A DNA stretch of 49,354 bases from an uncultured Bacteroides sp. (GCA_964431795.1 CAYSLD010000001.1:1-49354); one strand, 5' to 3'; shown: positions 1 to 13,458, numbered from the stretch's first letter. The notes: generated by a model not told the origin, from the letters alone. A program made the numbers and translations.

Positions 1-1
1 C

Positions 2-1561
2 GCCTTGCATATCTTTGAGCTGTTGCTGAATAGCAGCGTTCTCGTCTTGTTTAGCTTTGATGCGCGAGTAACGAATTTCTGCGACTTTGCCATAGTCGCC
101 TTCGCGTTCGGCACGTTCAGCGTCGAAGTTGAGTTGTTCGATGTCGATTTTATTTTGCTGGATGCGGTTTATGAGTTCTTTTTCGGCATGCCATTTAGCG
201 GCGTACTGTTTTTCCTCATCGCGCATCGAAGCGAGTTCTTTTTCGATTTCTTTGACGGTTGCGTCGTCGCCTTCACGTTTCAAAGCTTCGCGTTCAATTT
301 CCTTTTGAGCTATACGGCGAGTGATTTCGTCGAGAGCCTGAGGCACAGAGTCGATTTCGAGTTTGAGTTTTGCAGCGGCCTCATCGATAAGGTCAATAGC
401 TTTATCGGGGAGGAAACGGTCGGTGATGTAGCGTTCGGAGAGTTGCACGGCAGCCACGATAGCTTCGTCACGGATACGAACTTTGTGGTGGTTTTCGTAG
501 CGTTCTTTCAAGCCACGAAGTATAGCGATAGCGCTTTCCTCGTCAGGCTCGTCGACCATAACTTTTTGGAAACGACGTTCGAGGGCTTTATCTTTTTCAA
601 AATACTTTTGGTATTCGTCGAGGGTGGTAGCGCCGATAGAACGAAGTTCACCACGGGCAAGTGCAGGTTTGAGGATGTTAGCAGCATCCATAGCGCCTTC
701 GCCTTTACCGGCACCTACGAGGGTGTGTATTTCATCAATGAAAAGTATGATTTCGCCATCGCTTTGAGTGACCTCGTTAACGATAGCTTTAAGACGCTCT
801 TCAAATTCGCCTTTGTACTTAGCTCCGGCAACAAGAGCGCCCATGTCGAGAGAGAAAATCTGTTTGGTACGCAGATTTTCGGGCACATCACCACGCACAA
901 TACGTTGTGCTAATCCCTCCGCAATGGCAGTTTTACCGGTACCGGGTTCGCCGATGAGCATAGGGTTGTTTTTAGTTCGTCGGCTGAGGATTTGGAGCAC
1001 GCGACGTATTTCGTCGTCACGGCCGATAACCGGGTCAAGTTTTCCGGCACGGGCGCGTTCGTTAAGATTTATAGCGTATTTAGAAAGGGCGTTGTATGTA
1101 TCCTCGGCACTTTGGTCTGTAGCTTTTTTGCCTTTACGCAGCTCAGCGATAGCAGCTTTGAGGTCGTCAGCAGTGAGGCCGTTGTCTTTGAGGATAGTAG
1201 AAGCCGGAGAATTAACTTCGAAGATAGCTTGTAGCAAAGCTTCGACAGTGACATACTCGTCACCGGCGGCTTTGGCGATGTCGAGAGCTTTTTGCAGCAC
1301 ATCGTTAGATGTGCGGCTGAGGTAAGGTTCGCCACCCGAGACTTTTGGTTCGGCGGCAATAGCGCGGTCAACTTGTTGAGCAAGTTGATTAAGGTTAGCG
1401 CCAATTTTTTGGAAGATAAACTTAACGAGCGCATCGCCTTCGGTCATCACTCCTTTTAACAGGTGCACGGGCTCAATAGCTTGGCAACCTGCGTCGCGGG
1501 TGATTTGGATGGCCTTTTGAATGGCCTCTTGCGACTTAATGGTGAAATTGTTAAAGTTCAT
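2..1561 (-). CDS. clpB: ATP-dependent chaperone ClpB, 5' portion (runs off the left edge of the window)
   Basis: Manual minus-strand translation from ATG at 1561: [13 protein letters not shown]..., [15 protein letters not shown], Walker [22 protein letters not shown], Walker [21 protein letters not shown], then the coiled-coil middle region. Missing from the ORF track because it has no stop codon in the window. Confidence 0.96.
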   Translation of the reverse strand, partial: MNFNNFTIKSQEAIQKAIQITRDAGCQAIEPVHLLKGVMTEGDALVKFIFQKIGANLNQLAQQVDRAIAAEPKVSGGEPYLSRTSNDVLQKALDIAKAAGDEYVTVEALLQAIFEVNSPASTILKDNGLTADDLKAAIAELRKGKKATDQSAEDTYNALSKYAINLNERARAGKLDPVIGRDDEIRRVLQILSRRTKNNPMLIGEPGTGKTAIAEGLAQRIVRGDVPENLRTKQIFSLDMGALVAGAKYKGEFEERLKAIVNEVTQSDGEIILFIDEIHTLVGAGKGEGAMDAANILKPALARGELRSIGATTLDEYQKYFEKDKALERRFQKVMVDEPDEESAIAILRGLKERYENHHKVRIRDEAIVAAVQLSERYITDRFLPDKAIDLIDEAAAKLKLEIDSVPQALDEITRRIAQKEIEREALKREGDDATVKEIEKELASMRDEEKQYAAKWHAEKELINRIQQNKIDIEQLNFDAERAEREGDYGKVAEIRYSRIKAKQDENAAIQQQLKDMQG

Positions 1562-1640
1562 AATTTATATTGTTTTGTTTTTTAATTCGTAGATAAACAT
1601 TTAGCCGCGCCCTAAGGTTTGGCGTTCGCTATAGAAAGGC

Positions 1641-1655
1641 ACAAAACCCGTGCCA
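1641..1655 (-). promoter_or_regulatory. sigma54-like -24/-12 element upstream of clpB
   Basis: Minus strand reads TGGCACG-GGTT-TTGT, versus consensus TGGCACG-N4-TTGC; one mismatch at -12; about 80 nt upstream of the clpB ATG. Confidence 0.5.
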
Positions 1656-1685
1656 AAAGGATAAAATGCGCTGTAAATCAACGAA

Positions 1686-1717
1686 GAGACAACTGACAGA
1701 CGGTGACAAAAGTGACA
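1686..1717. repeat. TGACA short direct repeats (candidate regulator site)
   Basis: TGACA at 1694, 1704 and 1713, plus GAGACA at 1686; roughly one helical turn apart. Confidence 0.5.
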
Positions 1718-1781
1718 GTAAAAGTCAGAATAATGCCATAAATTGCTAAATTTGTATAGTGATTATGTGACACATAATTAT

Positions 1782-1789
1782 TATATTTG
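1782..1789 (+). promoter_or_regulatory. Bacteroidetes -7 promoter element for the GH2 gene
   Basis: TATATTTG matches TAnnTTTG and ends 5 nt before the ATG at 1795. Confidence 0.55.
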
Positions 1790-1794
1790 TCGGT

Positions 1795-4518
1795 ATGAAA
1801 AAGATCACTGCACTATTACTAGTCATATTAGGCGCAACAAGCGCAACAGCCGGCAATTTGCGTGAAAGCATATCGCTAGCCGGCGAATGGCATCTACGAT
1901 ATAACACGCAAGGCCGCGAGGTGACACTTCCGGGCACCACTGAGACCAACGGTGTTGGCGACATATCAATAAATCCGCATGAGACCACGCACTTGTCGCG
2001 TGTGCGCGCCATCGAAGCACAAGTAGAATATAGCCGCGATGTGGTGATACCCAAGTCGTGGCAAAACAAAGAGATTACGCTACGGTTGGAGCGCACCAAG
2101 CCCACACGTGTGTATGTTGACGGTGTTGAGGTTGGCACCAGCAGTAATATCTCTACCTCGCAAACATTCAACCTGACACGAGTGCTGACAGTAGGCACAC
2201 ACCATTTGGCAATCATAGTTGACAACACACGCACAGCAGTGCCGCATCAGATAGTAGAAAACTCGCATGCCTACACTGACGACACACAAACGAATTGGAA
2301 CGGCATAATCGGTGACATCACGTTGACAGCTGTCAATCCGGTGCACATCACAGCGCTGACTGCCGATGCCGACTCTATCTACGTGACAACGTCGGCACGT
2401 TGCAATGTATCGCTGCAAGTGAACGGCAAATATGTTGGCACGCTCAATGTTGACGGCAGCAAGGCGCTTGCATACGACAGCCGCGAGCTTGAGCGATGGA
2501 GTGAGTTCCACCCCACTCTACACACAGTAAGAGCCGAGATTAAGGGCAAAGACGAGTGCGAGCAGCGCTTTGGTCTATGTGACTTCAAGGCGAGCGGCAC
2601 ACAGTTCAGCGTGAACGGGCACACCACTTTTTTGCGAGGCAAGCACGATGCTTGTGTATTTCCGAAGACAGCACACGTGCCTATGGACGTTGCCGAATGG
2701 AGTCGCTACCTGTCGATATGCAAAGAGTATGGCATAAATCATATACGTTTTCACTCATGGTGTCCGCCTGAAGCAGCGTTTGCCGCCGCCGACTCGCTGG
2801 GTGTGTATTTGCAGCCGGAGTTGCCGTTTTGGGGCGACTTTGACGCATCAAATGCCGAGCTGATGAGTTTTTTGCATGCCGAAGGCGAGCACATCATACG
2901 CGAATATTCGCACCATCCATCGTTTGTGATGATGGCACTTGGCAATGAGTTGTGGGGCAGCATCGAGGAAATGGAGCAGTTTGTGACCGATTTCCGCAAA
3001 ATAAATTCGAAGATACTCTACACATTTGGGTCGAACTACTATCTCGGCTACAAGGGAGCAAATCCGGCTATGGACTACTTCACCACCTGCCGTAACGGAG
3101 GTGAGGCCTGGGGCCAATACAACACCCACACACGCGGGTCGTTCTCATTTTGCGATGCATACGACGGAGGTATCATCAATCACTTCAGTCCTAACAGCAC
3201 GATGACACTCGAGCAAGGTATAGCCGGATGCAGTATGCCGATTATCAGCCATGAAACAGGACAATATCAAACATATCCTGACTATGCTGAAATGGCAAAA
3301 TACAACGGCAGCGTGCTTCGTCCGTACAATTTTGAAGTGTTTAAACAACGGCTGAAGGATGCCGGAATGTTGCATCAAGCCGAGGATTTTCACAAAGCAT
3401 CAGGCTTGTGGTCGGTACAACTATACAAGGCAGAAATAGAGTTGGATATGCGCACACGCGGACTTGGCGGATACCAACTACTTGACATACAAGACTATCC
3501 GGGACAAGGCTCGGCATTTGTGGGCATACTCGATGCATTTATGGACAGCAAAGGCATCACCACCCCGCAAGAATGGCGTCAATGGGCATCTCCGGTTGTG
3601 CCGATGCTAGCTACCGAAAAATTTTGTTATGCCAACAATGAGCACTTGACCGGAAAAATACTGTTGGCAAACTACACGGAAAAGTCGTTGAACGGCTCTA
3701 CCATGGATTTATATTTCAGACGTGCAGCTGCGAGATACGATATCACCAACGACACAACGGGGCTGTCAACAGTAGGCGACATAGATATCGACCTGTCAAG
3801 CGTCAAAAAGCCGACAAAGGTTGATTTGTCGCTCGACATAGCAGGCACAGACTATCAAAACAGCTATCCGATATGGGTGTATCCGGCCAAATGCGAGCCA
3901 AATACATCAGGTTTGGTAATCGCCACACAGCTCACCGATGTGGTTGCCGAGCAGCTCAACAACGGAGCGTCGGTATTGCTCATGCCGGACAGCGCACAAT
4001 ATGCCGACAACACCGTTGGCGGCTTGTTCATGACCGACTATTGGAACTATCGCATGTTTAAGACAATCTGCGAGAATAACAACAAAGCGGTATCGCCGGG
4101 CACACTTGGCATACTCACCAATCCGGAACACGCAATTTTCAAGTCATTTCCGACAGATATGCACACCTCTTGGCAATGGTTTGAAATAATCAAGCATAGC
4201 CGTCCGATGATACTTGACGCGTTCGGCAAAAATTACTTTCCCACAGTGCAAGTGATAGACAATGTGGAGCGCAATCACAAACTGGGGTTGATATTTGAAT
4301 TTTCGGTAGGCATGGGCAAACTGCTTGTTGTGATGTCACCGCTCAAAGATTTGCAAGAGCACATAGAGGCAAAATGGCTGTACAAGAGCGTGCTTGACTA
4401 TATGCACTCAGCCGACTTCAACCCGACGACGAAGATGAGTGTTGACGAGCTGAGAAAAACACTTGCAACATCGGCAGCAGCACAAACAATCGACACGCTC
4501 AACAATATCTCATATTAA
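1795..4518 (+). CDS. secreted glycoside hydrolase family 2 (beta-glycosidase)
   Basis: 907 aa, signal peptide, GH2 N-terminal sugar-binding region (ISLAGEW, QTNWNGIIGDI), TIM barrel with GINHIRFHSW, HPSFVMMALGNE (acid/base) and PIISHETGQ (nucleophile). Confidence 0.88.
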   Translation: MKKITALLLVILGATSATAGNLRESISLAGEWHLRYNTQGREVTLPGTTETNGVGDISINPHETTHLSRVRAIEAQVEYSRDVVIPKSWQNKEITLRLERTKPTRVYVDGVEVGTSSNISTSQTFNLTRVLTVGTHHLAIIVDNTRTAVPHQIVENSHAYTDDTQTNWNGIIGDITLTAVNPVHITALTADADSIYVTTSARCNVSLQVNGKYVGTLNVDGSKALAYDSRELERWSEFHPTLHTVRAEIKGKDECEQRFGLCDFKASGTQFSVNGHTTFLRGKHDACVFPKTAHVPMDVAEWSRYLSICKEYGINHIRFHSWCPPEAAFAAADSLGVYLQPELPFWGDFDASNAELMSFLHAEGEHIIREYSHHPSFVMMALGNELWGSIEEMEQFVTDFRKINSKILYTFGSNYYLGYKGANPAMDYFTTCRNGGEAWGQYNTHTRGSFSFCDAYDGGIINHFSPNSTMTLEQGIAGCSMPIISHETGQYQTYPDYAEMAKYNGSVLRPYNFEVFKQRLKDAGMLHQAEDFHKASGLWSVQLYKAEIELDMRTRGLGGYQLLDIQDYPGQGSAFVGILDAFMDSKGITTPQEWRQWASPVVPMLATEKFCYANNEHLTGKILLANYTEKSLNGSTMDLYFRRAAARYDITNDTTGLSTVGDIDIDLSSVKKPTKVDLSLDIAGTDYQNSYPIWVYPAKCEPNTSGLVIATQLTDVVAEQLNNGASVLLMPDSAQYADNTVGGLFMTDYWNYRMFKTICENNNKAVSPGTLGILTNPEHAIFKSFPTDMHTSWQWFEIIKHSRPMILDAFGKNYFPTVQVIDNVERNHKLGLIFEFSVGMGKLLVVMSPLKDLQEHIEAKWLYKSVLDYMHSADFNPTTKMSVDELRKTLATSAAAQTIDTLNNISY

Positions 4519-4587
4519 GAGAAAAAAGTTGAGAAAAACTCTTGCATTTTGCAAGCAAAGTTGTAATAATAAATAATTTTGAATTTT

Positions 4588-4669
4588 CAAAAGTTTTCCA
4601 AAACAAAATGCTATAATATTGATATATAATATTATAGCATTTTTTAACACTGCAAAAGTTTTCCAAAAC
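4588..4669. repeat. 17-bp direct repeats flanking a 16-bp perfect inverted repeat, upstream of nrdD
   Basis: CAAAAGTTTTCCAAAAC at 4588-4604 and 4653-4669; AAAATGCTATAATATT (4605-4620), 7-nt spacer, AATATTATAGCATTTT (4628-4643). Confidence 0.85.
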
Positions 4670-4701
4670 GAAAAATTTATCACATTTTTACGTTAAAAAA
4701 G

Positions 4702-4732
4702 TTGCATACAAAAATATAATCATGTAATTTTG
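4702..4732 (+). promoter_or_regulatory. Bacteroidetes sigmaA-type promoter of nrdDG
   Basis: TTG (4702-4704), 20-nt spacer, TAATTTTG (4725-4732). Confidence 0.65.
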
Positions 4733-4778
4733 TCGCAGTTAAAAAATACCATCTTTAAACTATCAATTCACTAACTCA

Positions 4779-6986
4779 ATGATACAAACAATCATCAAAC
4801 GTGACGGTCGCGTTGTGGGCTTCAACGAAGAGAAAATCAAGGCGGCAATCAGAAAAGCTATGCTCCAAACAGAGCTAGGCGAAGACGAGACACTCATCAA
4901 CAAAATCACAGACCGCATAGCAATGACGGGCAGTGAGCAAATGAGTGTTGAAGAAATACAAGATCGCGTGGAAATAGAGCTCATGAAAAGTCCGCGCAAA
5001 GAAGTTGCGAAGCGCTACATAGCATATCGCGACCAACGCAACATAGCCCGTCGTGCGAAGACACGCGACATATTCCTCGAAATCATTGAGGCAAAAAATA
5101 ACGATATCACGCGCGAGAACGCGAACATGAATACAGATTCGCCGGCAGGCATGATGATGAAATTTGCCAGCGAGACCACCAAGCCGTTTGTTGACGACTA
5201 TCTTCTCACCGAAGAAGCTCGTGAGGCCGTGCGCAATGGTTACTTGCACATACACGACAAAGACTACTACCCCACAAAGAGCTTGACATGCGTGCAACAT
5301 CCGCTTGACCGCATACTCAAATACGGCTTCACAGCGGGCCATGGCGAGTCGCGTCCGGCCAAACGCATTGAGACAGCAAGCATCATAGCGTGCATCTCGC
5401 TCGAGACCGCACAAAACGAAATGCACGGTGGCCAAGCAATCCCGGCATTCGACTTCTACCTTGCGCCATTCGTACGCTCATCGTTCATTGAGGAAGTGAA
5501 AAATGTGGAACAGCTCACAGGCGAAAAACTGGAGCACCTATATAATGCACCTATTGAAGACTATCTGAATAAGAGCCTTGACGGTCTGAGTGGCGACGCT
5601 CGCGCACTGCAACACGCCATCAACCGCACCGTGAGCCGTGTGCACCAAGCAATGGAGGCATTTATCCACAACATGAACACCATACACTCACGCGGTGGAA
5701 ACCAAGTGGTATTCAGCTCAATCAACTATGGCACAGACACTTCAGCCGAAGGTCGCTGCATCATTCGCGAGCTGCTCAACAGCACATACGAAGGTGTTGG
5801 CAACGGAGCAACAGCCATATTCCCCATACAAATTTGGAAAAAGAAACGCGGTGTGAGCTACTTGCCCGAAGACCGCAACTACGACCTCTATCAGCTTGCA
5901 TGCAAGGTGACAGCACGTCGCTTCTTCCCCAACTTTGTGAACCTCGACGCACCGTTCAACCATCACGAAAAATGGCGTGCCGACGACCCCGAGCGCTACA
6001 ACTACGAGATTGCAACCATGGGTTGCCGCACTCGTGTGTTTGAGAACCGCTACGGAGAAAAGACATCAGTAGGACGCGGCAACCTCAGTTTCTCGACCAT
6101 CAACATCGTGCGCCTTGCCATTGAATGTATGAGCATACAAGACCAAGACGAGCGCATACGCCGTTTCTTTGGCAAACTCGACGAGGTGCTTGACGTCACA
6201 GCACGTCAGCTCTGCGACCGCTACGACTTCCAAAAGACAGCACTTGCCAAGCAATTCCCGCTTGTGATGTCTAAACTTTGGAACGGAGCGAACCAACTCG
6301 GAGCGAACGACACCATTGAGAGCGTAATCAATCAAGGCACACTCGGCATCGGCTTTATCGGTTTGGCAGAATGTTTGATTGCCCTCACCGGCAAACACCA
6401 CGGCGAGAGCGAAGAGTCGCAAGCGCTCGGTTTGAAAATAGTAAGCCACATGCGCTCACGTGCCAACGAATATTGCGAGAAATACGGCCACAACTTCTCA
6501 ATTCTCGCCACTCCGGCAGAAGGACTGTCAGGCAAATTCACAGTCAAAGACCGCAAAACATTCGGCATCATACCCGGTGTTACCGACAAGATTTACTATA
6601 CAAACTCAAATCACGTGCCCGTTTACTATAAATGTTCACCGCGCCACAAAGCGAAGATTGAAGCTCCCTATCACGAGCTCACACGCGGCGGTCACATTTT
6701 CTACGTAGAAATTGACGGCGACGCAACACACAATCCGCAAGCAATTGCTGATATCGTAGACCTCATGGATAAATACAACATTGGCTACGGCTCAGTGAAC
6801 CACAACCGCAACCGCTGCATGGATTGTGGATATGAGGACGCACAAAGTGATTTGAAAGAATGTCCGAAGTGTCATTCAAAACATCTTGACAAATTGCAAC
6901 GCATAACCGGCTATTTGGTCGGCACCACAGACCGTTGGAACTCAGGCAAGCTAGCCGAGCTCAACGACCGCGTTGTGCACAAATAA
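4779..6986 (+). CDS. nrdD: anaerobic (class III) ribonucleoside-triphosphate reductase with N-terminal ATP cone
   Basis: IIKRDGR ATP cone, HIHDKD, MGCRT, ATPAEGL, YYTNSNH, C-terminal CxxC...CxxC zinc site and glycyl-radical motif RITGYL. Confidence 0.97.
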   Translation: MIQTIIKRDGRVVGFNEEKIKAAIRKAMLQTELGEDETLINKITDRIAMTGSEQMSVEEIQDRVEIELMKSPRKEVAKRYIAYRDQRNIARRAKTRDIFLEIIEAKNNDITRENANMNTDSPAGMMMKFASETTKPFVDDYLLTEEAREAVRNGYLHIHDKDYYPTKSLTCVQHPLDRILKYGFTAGHGESRPAKRIETASIIACISLETAQNEMHGGQAIPAFDFYLAPFVRSSFIEEVKNVEQLTGEKLEHLYNAPIEDYLNKSLDGLSGDARALQHAINRTVSRVHQAMEAFIHNMNTIHSRGGNQVVFSSINYGTDTSAEGRCIIRELLNSTYEGVGNGATAIFPIQIWKKKRGVSYLPEDRNYDLYQLACKVTARRFFPNFVNLDAPFNHHEKWRADDPERYNYEIATMGCRTRVFENRYGEKTSVGRGNLSFSTINIVRLAIECMSIQDQDERIRRFFGKLDEVLDVTARQLCDRYDFQKTALAKQFPLVMSKLWNGANQLGANDTIESVINQGTLGIGFIGLAECLIALTGKHHGESEESQALGLKIVSHMRSRANEYCEKYGHNFSILATPAEGLSGKFTVKDRKTFGIIPGVTDKIYYTNSNHVPVYYKCSPRHKAKIEAPYHELTRGGHIFYVEIDGDATHNPQAIADIVDLMDKYNIGYGSVNHNRNRCMDCGYEDAQSDLKECPKCHSKHLDKLQRITGYLVGTTDRWNSGKLAELNDRVVHK

Positions 6987-6997
6987 AAACAAGGCTT

Positions 6998-7477
6998 ATG
7001 TTGAGAGTGCTAAACATCATAGAGGGCACGTCGGTTGACGGCCCCGGTTTGCGCACTTCAATCTACTTTGCAGGATGCCACCATCAATGTCCCGGCTGCC
7101 ACAATCAGCAGTCGTGGGACATGAATGGTGGCACGCCTATGACTGTAGAGCAGATTATGGAAGTTGTGCGAGAAAATGATTTTAATGTAACTTTTTCGGG
7201 TGGAGACCCACTCTATCAGCCTATTGACGAGCTGACAGCATTAGCGCAAGCCATCACGGCCGAGGGATACACAGTGTGGTGCTTCACCGGATTTACATAC
7301 GAGCAATTGTGCAAGCGCAGTGATTTGCAGCCGTTATTCAGCTGCATCGAAGTGCTGGTTGACGGACCGTTCATAGAGGCAGAGCGCGACATTGCTTTGC
7401 TATTTCGCGGCTCAGCCAATCAGCGATTGATTGACATGCGCCGCTCTACGCCAACTCACATTGAGCTATACAAGTAG
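6998..7477 (+). CDS. nrdG: anaerobic ribonucleotide reductase activating radical-SAM protein
   Basis: VDGPGLRTSIYFAGCHHQCPGCHN (CxxxCxxC), TFSGGDP, VLVDGPF, FRGSANQR. Start moved to ATG 6998, 11 nt after the nrdD stop. Confidence 0.95.
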   Translation: MLRVLNIIEGTSVDGPGLRTSIYFAGCHHQCPGCHNQQSWDMNGGTPMTVEQIMEVVRENDFNVTFSGGDPLYQPIDELTALAQAITAEGYTVWCFTGFTYEQLCKRSDLQPLFSCIEVLVDGPFIEAERDIALLFRGSANQRLIDMRRSTPTHIELYK

Positions 7478-7482
7478 CATCA

Positions 7483-8145
7483 TCATTCCCATTCAACCAC
7501 AGTTGGAGCTGCTCCAATTTCGAAATGACATTTGGCAATACCCAAGTCGATTTTCGTGTAAATACCCATAGCCGTATAAGCTTTCACACGCTTTTCGCCC
7601 ATCCACTTAAAACGGAATTGCTGTTGATTGATGGCTGTTGGGGCCAAAAGAGCACAGTTCACACCATGTTGCACCCAATCAGGAGCCACGCAAACATTCG
7701 GGCACACCTGTTTGGGTTGCTTTATTTTATGTGAAGAGCCTTGCGTTTCGCCGTATCCGATAGAGATTAGGGCATAAAGTTCCATGCCTTCGGGTATTTC
7801 AACTTTAAGTTTGTTTTTGCGATAAGTCAAGCATACCCAACAAGTGTTTAGGCCCAACATTTGAGCGTCGAGCACAAGCTTTTCGCCATAATAGCCAACT
7901 TGTTCTTCCATACCTTTCGGGCCAATCATGCAAAGATAGTTTGTCACATTGCGAAACTTGCCGTATTTTGCCAACAACGACGTACCAAAGGCATCAGGCT
8001 CATTCGTAACCAATACGATATGCAAACCCGAGGCAAAATTATACGCCTTGATATGGTCGTTTAAACGGTCAATCAATCCCGCTTCTAAAGGTGTTTCGGT
8101 GTAGGCTCTCACCGAATGTCTACTGTATACAACTCCTAAGTCCAT
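7483..8145 (-). CDS. nitroreductase family protein
   Basis: RHSVRAY FMN-binding start, GLNTCWV, second half APTAINQQ and DLGIAKCHFE. Confidence 0.85.
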   Translation of the reverse strand: MDLGVVYSRHSVRAYTETPLEAGLIDRLNDHIKAYNFASGLHIVLVTNEPDAFGTSLLAKYGKFRNVTNYLCMIGPKGMEEQVGYYGEKLVLDAQMLGLNTCWVCLTYRKNKLKVEIPEGMELYALISIGYGETQGSSHKIKQPKQVCPNVCVAPDWVQHGVNCALLAPTAINQQQFRFKWMGEKRVKAYTAMGIYTKIDLGIAKCHFEIGAAPTVVEWE

Positions 8146-8164
8146 AGAGCAAAAAATTTGAGTG

Positions 8165-8172
8165 CAAAATTA
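8165..8172 (-). promoter_or_regulatory. -7 promoter element for the nitroreductase gene
   Basis: Minus strand TAATTTTG about 20 nt upstream of the ATG at 8145. Confidence 0.5.
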
Positions 8173-8322
8173 TAAAATTTTCGTTAATAACGTGCAGGCA
8201 GCACGAATATTAACTATTAGTTATGCGAATTGTATTAGGGGCATAAACCTTAAAACTATAACACACAACGGGGCAATTTTGTTAGCAAAAACGCAATAAA
8301 TGTGCATTTTAAGACATAAGAT

Positions 8323-8353
8323 TTTGATACTTGAAAGCTAATTGTTATATTTG
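8323..8353 (+). promoter_or_regulatory. Bacteroidetes promoter of the beta-galactosidase/fucosidase pair
   Basis: TTTG (8323-8326), 19-nt spacer, TATATTTG (8346-8353). Confidence 0.7.
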
Positions 8354-8389
8354 TAGCTAGAAAAATAATAATCAAAAAAACATAAATAA

Positions 8390-11524
<3,135 letters not shown>

Positions 11525-11530
11525 TAAGCT

Positions 11531-13372
11531 ATGCTCAAGCATAAATTATTTATCTCAATGTTGCTTGCCACAGCTGTGGCAAGCAGCAGTTTTGCAAAAA
11601 AACAATACTATACAAAGACACTGGTATTTCCCGAAGGAGCCACTATCGAGCAAAAAGCAGACATGGCCTCGCGTTTGCGTCCGTCAGACAAACAAATGGC
11701 ATGGCAAAAGCGTGAACTCACAGCCTTTTTGCACTTCGGCGTAAACACCTTCACCAACCGCGAATGGGGCGATGGCAAGGAAGAAGAAAAGATTTTCAAT
11801 CCGGAGCACCTCGACGCTCGCCAATGGGTGAAGACACTTAAGGATGCCGGATTTAAGCAAGTGATACTCACGGCAAAACATCACGACGGCTTTTGTTTGT
11901 GGCCCACAAAGACCACCAATCACTCCGTAGCATCGTCGCCATGGCGCAACGGCAAAGGCGATGTCATGGCCGAATTGCGCAAAGCTTGCGACGAATACGG
12001 CATGAAACTCGGCGTATACTTATCGCCGTGGGACCGCAATGCAAAATGTTATGGCAGCGATGCCTACAATGATATGTTTGTAGCTCAGCTCACCGAATTG
12101 CTCACAAACTACGGCAAGATAGACGAAGTGTGGTTTGACGGTGCGTGCGGTGAAGGCCCCAACGGCAAAAAACAAGTGTATGATTGGACACGTTTTCGCA
12201 ACGTAATCACAAGTTTGCAACCTGATGCAGTAATTGCTATACAAGGCGATGATGTGCGCTGGGTGGGCAATGAGGCCGGATTGGGCCGCGAGACCGAATG
12301 GAGTGCAACAGCACTTATGCCGGCGATATACGAAGGCTCAGCCGAAGCAAACGGAGCACTCAATCTCAACCAAATGTCGCCAGACCTTGGCAGCCGCGAC
12401 CTGTTGGCAAAAGCAAATACGCTCTATTGGTGGCCATCGGAAGTTGACGTGTCAATACGTCCGGGATGGTTCTATCACAAAAACGAGCGACCCAAAAAAT
12501 TGTCGGAGTTGGCAAATATCTACATCAATTCTGTAGGTCGCAACTCAGTGTTGCTGCTCAACATTCCGCCCACAACCGACGGTTTGATTGCATCGGCTGA
12601 CAGCGCACGCCTTATAGAACTGAAAGCTTGGGTTGACCAATCATTTGCCGACAACAAAGTCACTAAACTCAGCAACAAAAATCGCCAAGCATCGCTGCGC
12701 AAAGGCAGCACAGTGAATTGTGTGGTGCTCGGTGAGAATGTGGCAAACGGTCAGCGTGTGGAAGAATTTGAAGTAATTGCACGCAAAAACGGAGTGCTCA
12801 CACGCATTGCCGGCGGCACAACTATCGGTGCTAAGCGCATACTCACATTCAACCCCGTGCAAACCGAGCAACTCACACTGCGTGTGAAATCAGAGCGCGG
12901 CACCGCGGAAATATCAATGTTTGAAGCGTACGATATAGTTCTGCCTCAAGACATAAAAGACGTTGCCGGCAGCAAAGTTGACTACGTTGTCACTAACAAT
13001 TGGAAATGCCTCAGCCATGCCGATGGCAGCAAAGCTTTTGACGGCGACATAAACGAGAACTTCAACGGCGAGGGCGCATATATAGTAGATATGGGCGCAG
13101 CCGCAACCATTTCAGGTTTCGCCTACACCCCCGAAGTTCGCGCCGACAACAAAGGTTTGATTTATCGCTACGAATTTTACACATCAAACGATGGCGAGAA
13201 TTGGACTAAACAAGCCGTACCGGGAGAATTTGGCAACATACAGTTCAACCCCTTACAGCAGTTTGTAACCTTCAACAATCCCACCACTTGCCGATATGTG
13301 AAATTTGTGCCGACAGCTACAGTGAACGGCGACACAACTTACATTATCGCAGACTTTGCCCTGCTCAAATAA
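11531..13372 (+). CDS. secreted alpha-L-fucosidase (GH29) with C-terminal F5/8 type C (CBM32-like) domain
   Basis: FLHFGVNTF, LTAKHHDGFCLWP, GVYLSPWDRN, VWFDGA (nucleophile), RWVGNE, SIRPGWFYH; C-terminal KAFDGD...RYVKF module. Confidence 0.93.
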   Translation: MLKHKLFISMLLATAVASSSFAKKQYYTKTLVFPEGATIEQKADMASRLRPSDKQMAWQKRELTAFLHFGVNTFTNREWGDGKEEEKIFNPEHLDARQWVKTLKDAGFKQVILTAKHHDGFCLWPTKTTNHSVASSPWRNGKGDVMAELRKACDEYGMKLGVYLSPWDRNAKCYGSDAYNDMFVAQLTELLTNYGKIDEVWFDGACGEGPNGKKQVYDWTRFRNVITSLQPDAVIAIQGDDVRWVGNEAGLGRETEWSATALMPAIYEGSAEANGALNLNQMSPDLGSRDLLAKANTLYWWPSEVDVSIRPGWFYHKNERPKKLSELANIYINSVGRNSVLLLNIPPTTDGLIASADSARLIELKAWVDQSFADNKVTKLSNKNRQASLRKGSTVNCVVLGENVANGQRVEEFEVIARKNGVLTRIAGGTTIGAKRILTFNPVQTEQLTLRVKSERGTAEISMFEAYDIVLPQDIKDVAGSKVDYVVTNNWKCLSHADGSKAFDGDINENFNGEGAYIVDMGAAATISGFAYTPEVRADNKGLIYRYEFYTSNDGENWTKQAVPGEFGNIQFNPLQQFVTFNNPTTCRYVKFVPTATVNGDTTYIIADFALLK

Positions 13373-13396
13373 GCAACGCACTCCGCAACATAACAC

Positions 13397-13425
13397 AAAA
13401 GTCCGGTCAACGCCGGACTTTTTTT
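13397..13425 (+). terminator. rho-independent terminator after the fucosidase
   Basis: AAAAGTCCGG-TCAACG-CCGGACTTTT followed by a T tract. Confidence 0.88.
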
Positions 13426-13458
13426 ATTTTGCCGTGATTGAATAATTTTTCGCAAATA

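Noticed and set aside
5-913. 302-aa plus-strand ORF (and 768-1325)
   Set aside because: Antisense shadows of clpB, which carries all the AAA+ motifs on the minus strand.
4588-4669. Mini CRISPR array
   Set aside because: Only two 17-bp repeats, a self-palindromic spacer and no cas genes.
6935-6997. N-terminal extension of NrdG (likewise the extended starts given for ribD, the 41727 ORF and uppS)
   Set aside because: Non-ATG upstream starts overlap the previous gene or promoter; downstream ATGs fit family N termini or signal peptides better.
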